A DNA stretch of 64,000 bases from Macrostomum hystrix (Eukaryota; Animalia; Platyhelminthes): the NCBI GenBank assembly GCA_950097015.1, contig CATNEN010000001.1:24242001-24306000 (forward strand), given 5' to 3'. Made by a program: the position numbers and the translations under genes. Positions within the stretch are counted from its first letter, which is position 1. Every line of letters begins with the position of its first letter. The notes under the pieces are model-generated. The model made no database searches, was not told where the DNA came from, and was given only the letters and a program-made list of their open reading frames with translations. Below are positions 62,994 to 64,000 of this stretch, one piece after another.

Positions 62994-64000
62994 ATGTCGA
63001 GATCATCGTTTCGTCTGACTGTGGCCCAGTCTCTGCTGCTCCTGATCCTGCTGCTGATGTCAACCTTGCCGACTCCGTCCGCTGCCACGTCGCCGGACAA
63101 GCTGGAGGCTTTGCGTCAACTGCGCGAGTTGATCGAATCCGAGTTGGAGCGACGCGATATGAGGCGCAGCGGAGCACCGACAGGAGGCGATGGCAGCGCT
63201 GAGGCACCAGCCAAGCGAGCCGGCGGTGAGGCAGCCACTCTTGACGATGTGTTGGCTGGTGCGAAAGCGTTCGGCTCCAGCGTGGCCGTCGGCGCGCCAC
63301 TGCCACCGCCACCATCGCCACATCTGAAGGAAACGACAACGGCGATACCCGAAGAAGCCGTGACAACGTCTTGGACCAATGGGACGCTCCCTTATGCCTT
63401 GTTCAGTCCGCTGTGGTTTTCGCACCTTCTGGCCAGCATGCTGACGATCATGCCTCTGGCGGCCTGGATCGCGGTGCTCTGCGCAGTTGTGGTGCTTCTG
63501 TGCCTGCTACTGCTGCTGCTGATTTACTGCTGCTGCTGCCGCAGAGGCTTCAGGGAGCGTCAGGGCCGAAAAAGAGGAGGTGAATTTGGCAAGGAAATGC
63601 TGTTTAGTGACATAGACATTGTGGGCAAGAAGGCCCCACCGTACGGTGAGATCAACTTTTCTCTAGAGTATGACGTGTCCACAAGCCAGATCATCATCAC
63701 TGCATCGAGTTGCATCGGCCTTCCAAAGGACCCTCTAAAAGAGCTCGATCCGTACGTGGTGGTACACGTCGGAACGGCGCAGCAGAAGTTGCACACCGAT
63801 GGTCGCTCACAACAGAACGCAGGCAATGGCGAACGCTCAAAAGTGGTGAAAAACAATGTGAACCCGGCGTTCAACTTCACTCGGGTGGAGAAGATCAAGA
63901 ATAAGCGCGACCTCAAGCGCATGGTGATCACATTCGAGGTTTACGACTGGGACATTGGCACTCGGCACCGGATGATCGCGCGCCGGGTTCTGAAGCTGGC
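62994..64000 (+). CDS. Synaptotagmin-like membrane protein (signal peptide, ectodomain, TM, C2); runs off the window
   Basis: Open frame from ATG 62994: MSRSSFRLTVAQSLLLLILLL..., TM ending LIYCCCCRR, then C2 motifs GEINFSLEYD, DPYVVV, SKVVKNNVNPAFN and ITFEVYDWD. Confidence 0.85.
   Translation, partial: MSRSSFRLTVAQSLLLLILLLMSTLPTPSAATSPDKLEALRQLRELIESELERRDMRRSGAPTGGDGSAEAPAKRAGGEAATLDDVLAGAKAFGSSVAVGAPLPPPPSPHLKETTTAIPEEAVTTSWTNGTLPYALFSPLWFSHLLASMLTIMPLAAWIAVLCAVVVLLCLLLLLLIYCCCCRRGFRERQGRKRGGEFGKEMLFSDIDIVGKKAPPYGEINFSLEYDVSTSQIIITASSCIGLPKDPLKELDPYVVVHVGTAQQKLHTDGRSQQNAGNGERSKVVKNNVNPAFNFTRVEKIKNKRDLKRMVITFEVYDWDIGTRHRMIARRVLKL

Overview
Eukaryotic (animal) genomic DNA: spliced GT-AG genes, GC-rich exons in AT-rich background, and many minisatellites. 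This pattern suggests a flatworm such as Macrostomum, which is inference only. Host genes: PACRG, a tetraspanin, two near-identical HAD-IIA phosphatase (PGP/PDXP-like) copies, an intact LPLA2/LCAT-family gene plus an inverted pseudogene copy, a sulfotransferase plus a deleted tandem copy, a frameshifted ankyrin/SOCS-box gene, mitofusin, coactosin, and a synaptotagmin-like ORF with a signal peptide that runs off the right end. Mobile DNA: a young non-autonomous LTR element (4-bp TSD, tRNA-Leu PBS, gag/pol lost, one intact orphan ORF), a scrambled Polinton/adintovirus relic, a Tc1/IS630-like transposon with ~280-bp TIRs, a 5'-truncated RTE-type LINE, three tRNA-derived SINE families, and about 14 minisatellite arrays. 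The strongest leads are the LTR element (orphan ORF, stacked relic U5-PBS junctions), the Polinton relic at duplication breakpoints, phosphatase genes with no genomic in-frame ATG (candidate spliced-leader AUG), and the atypical synaptotagmin-like protein. Exon coordinates were read by eye; repeat edges are approximate.
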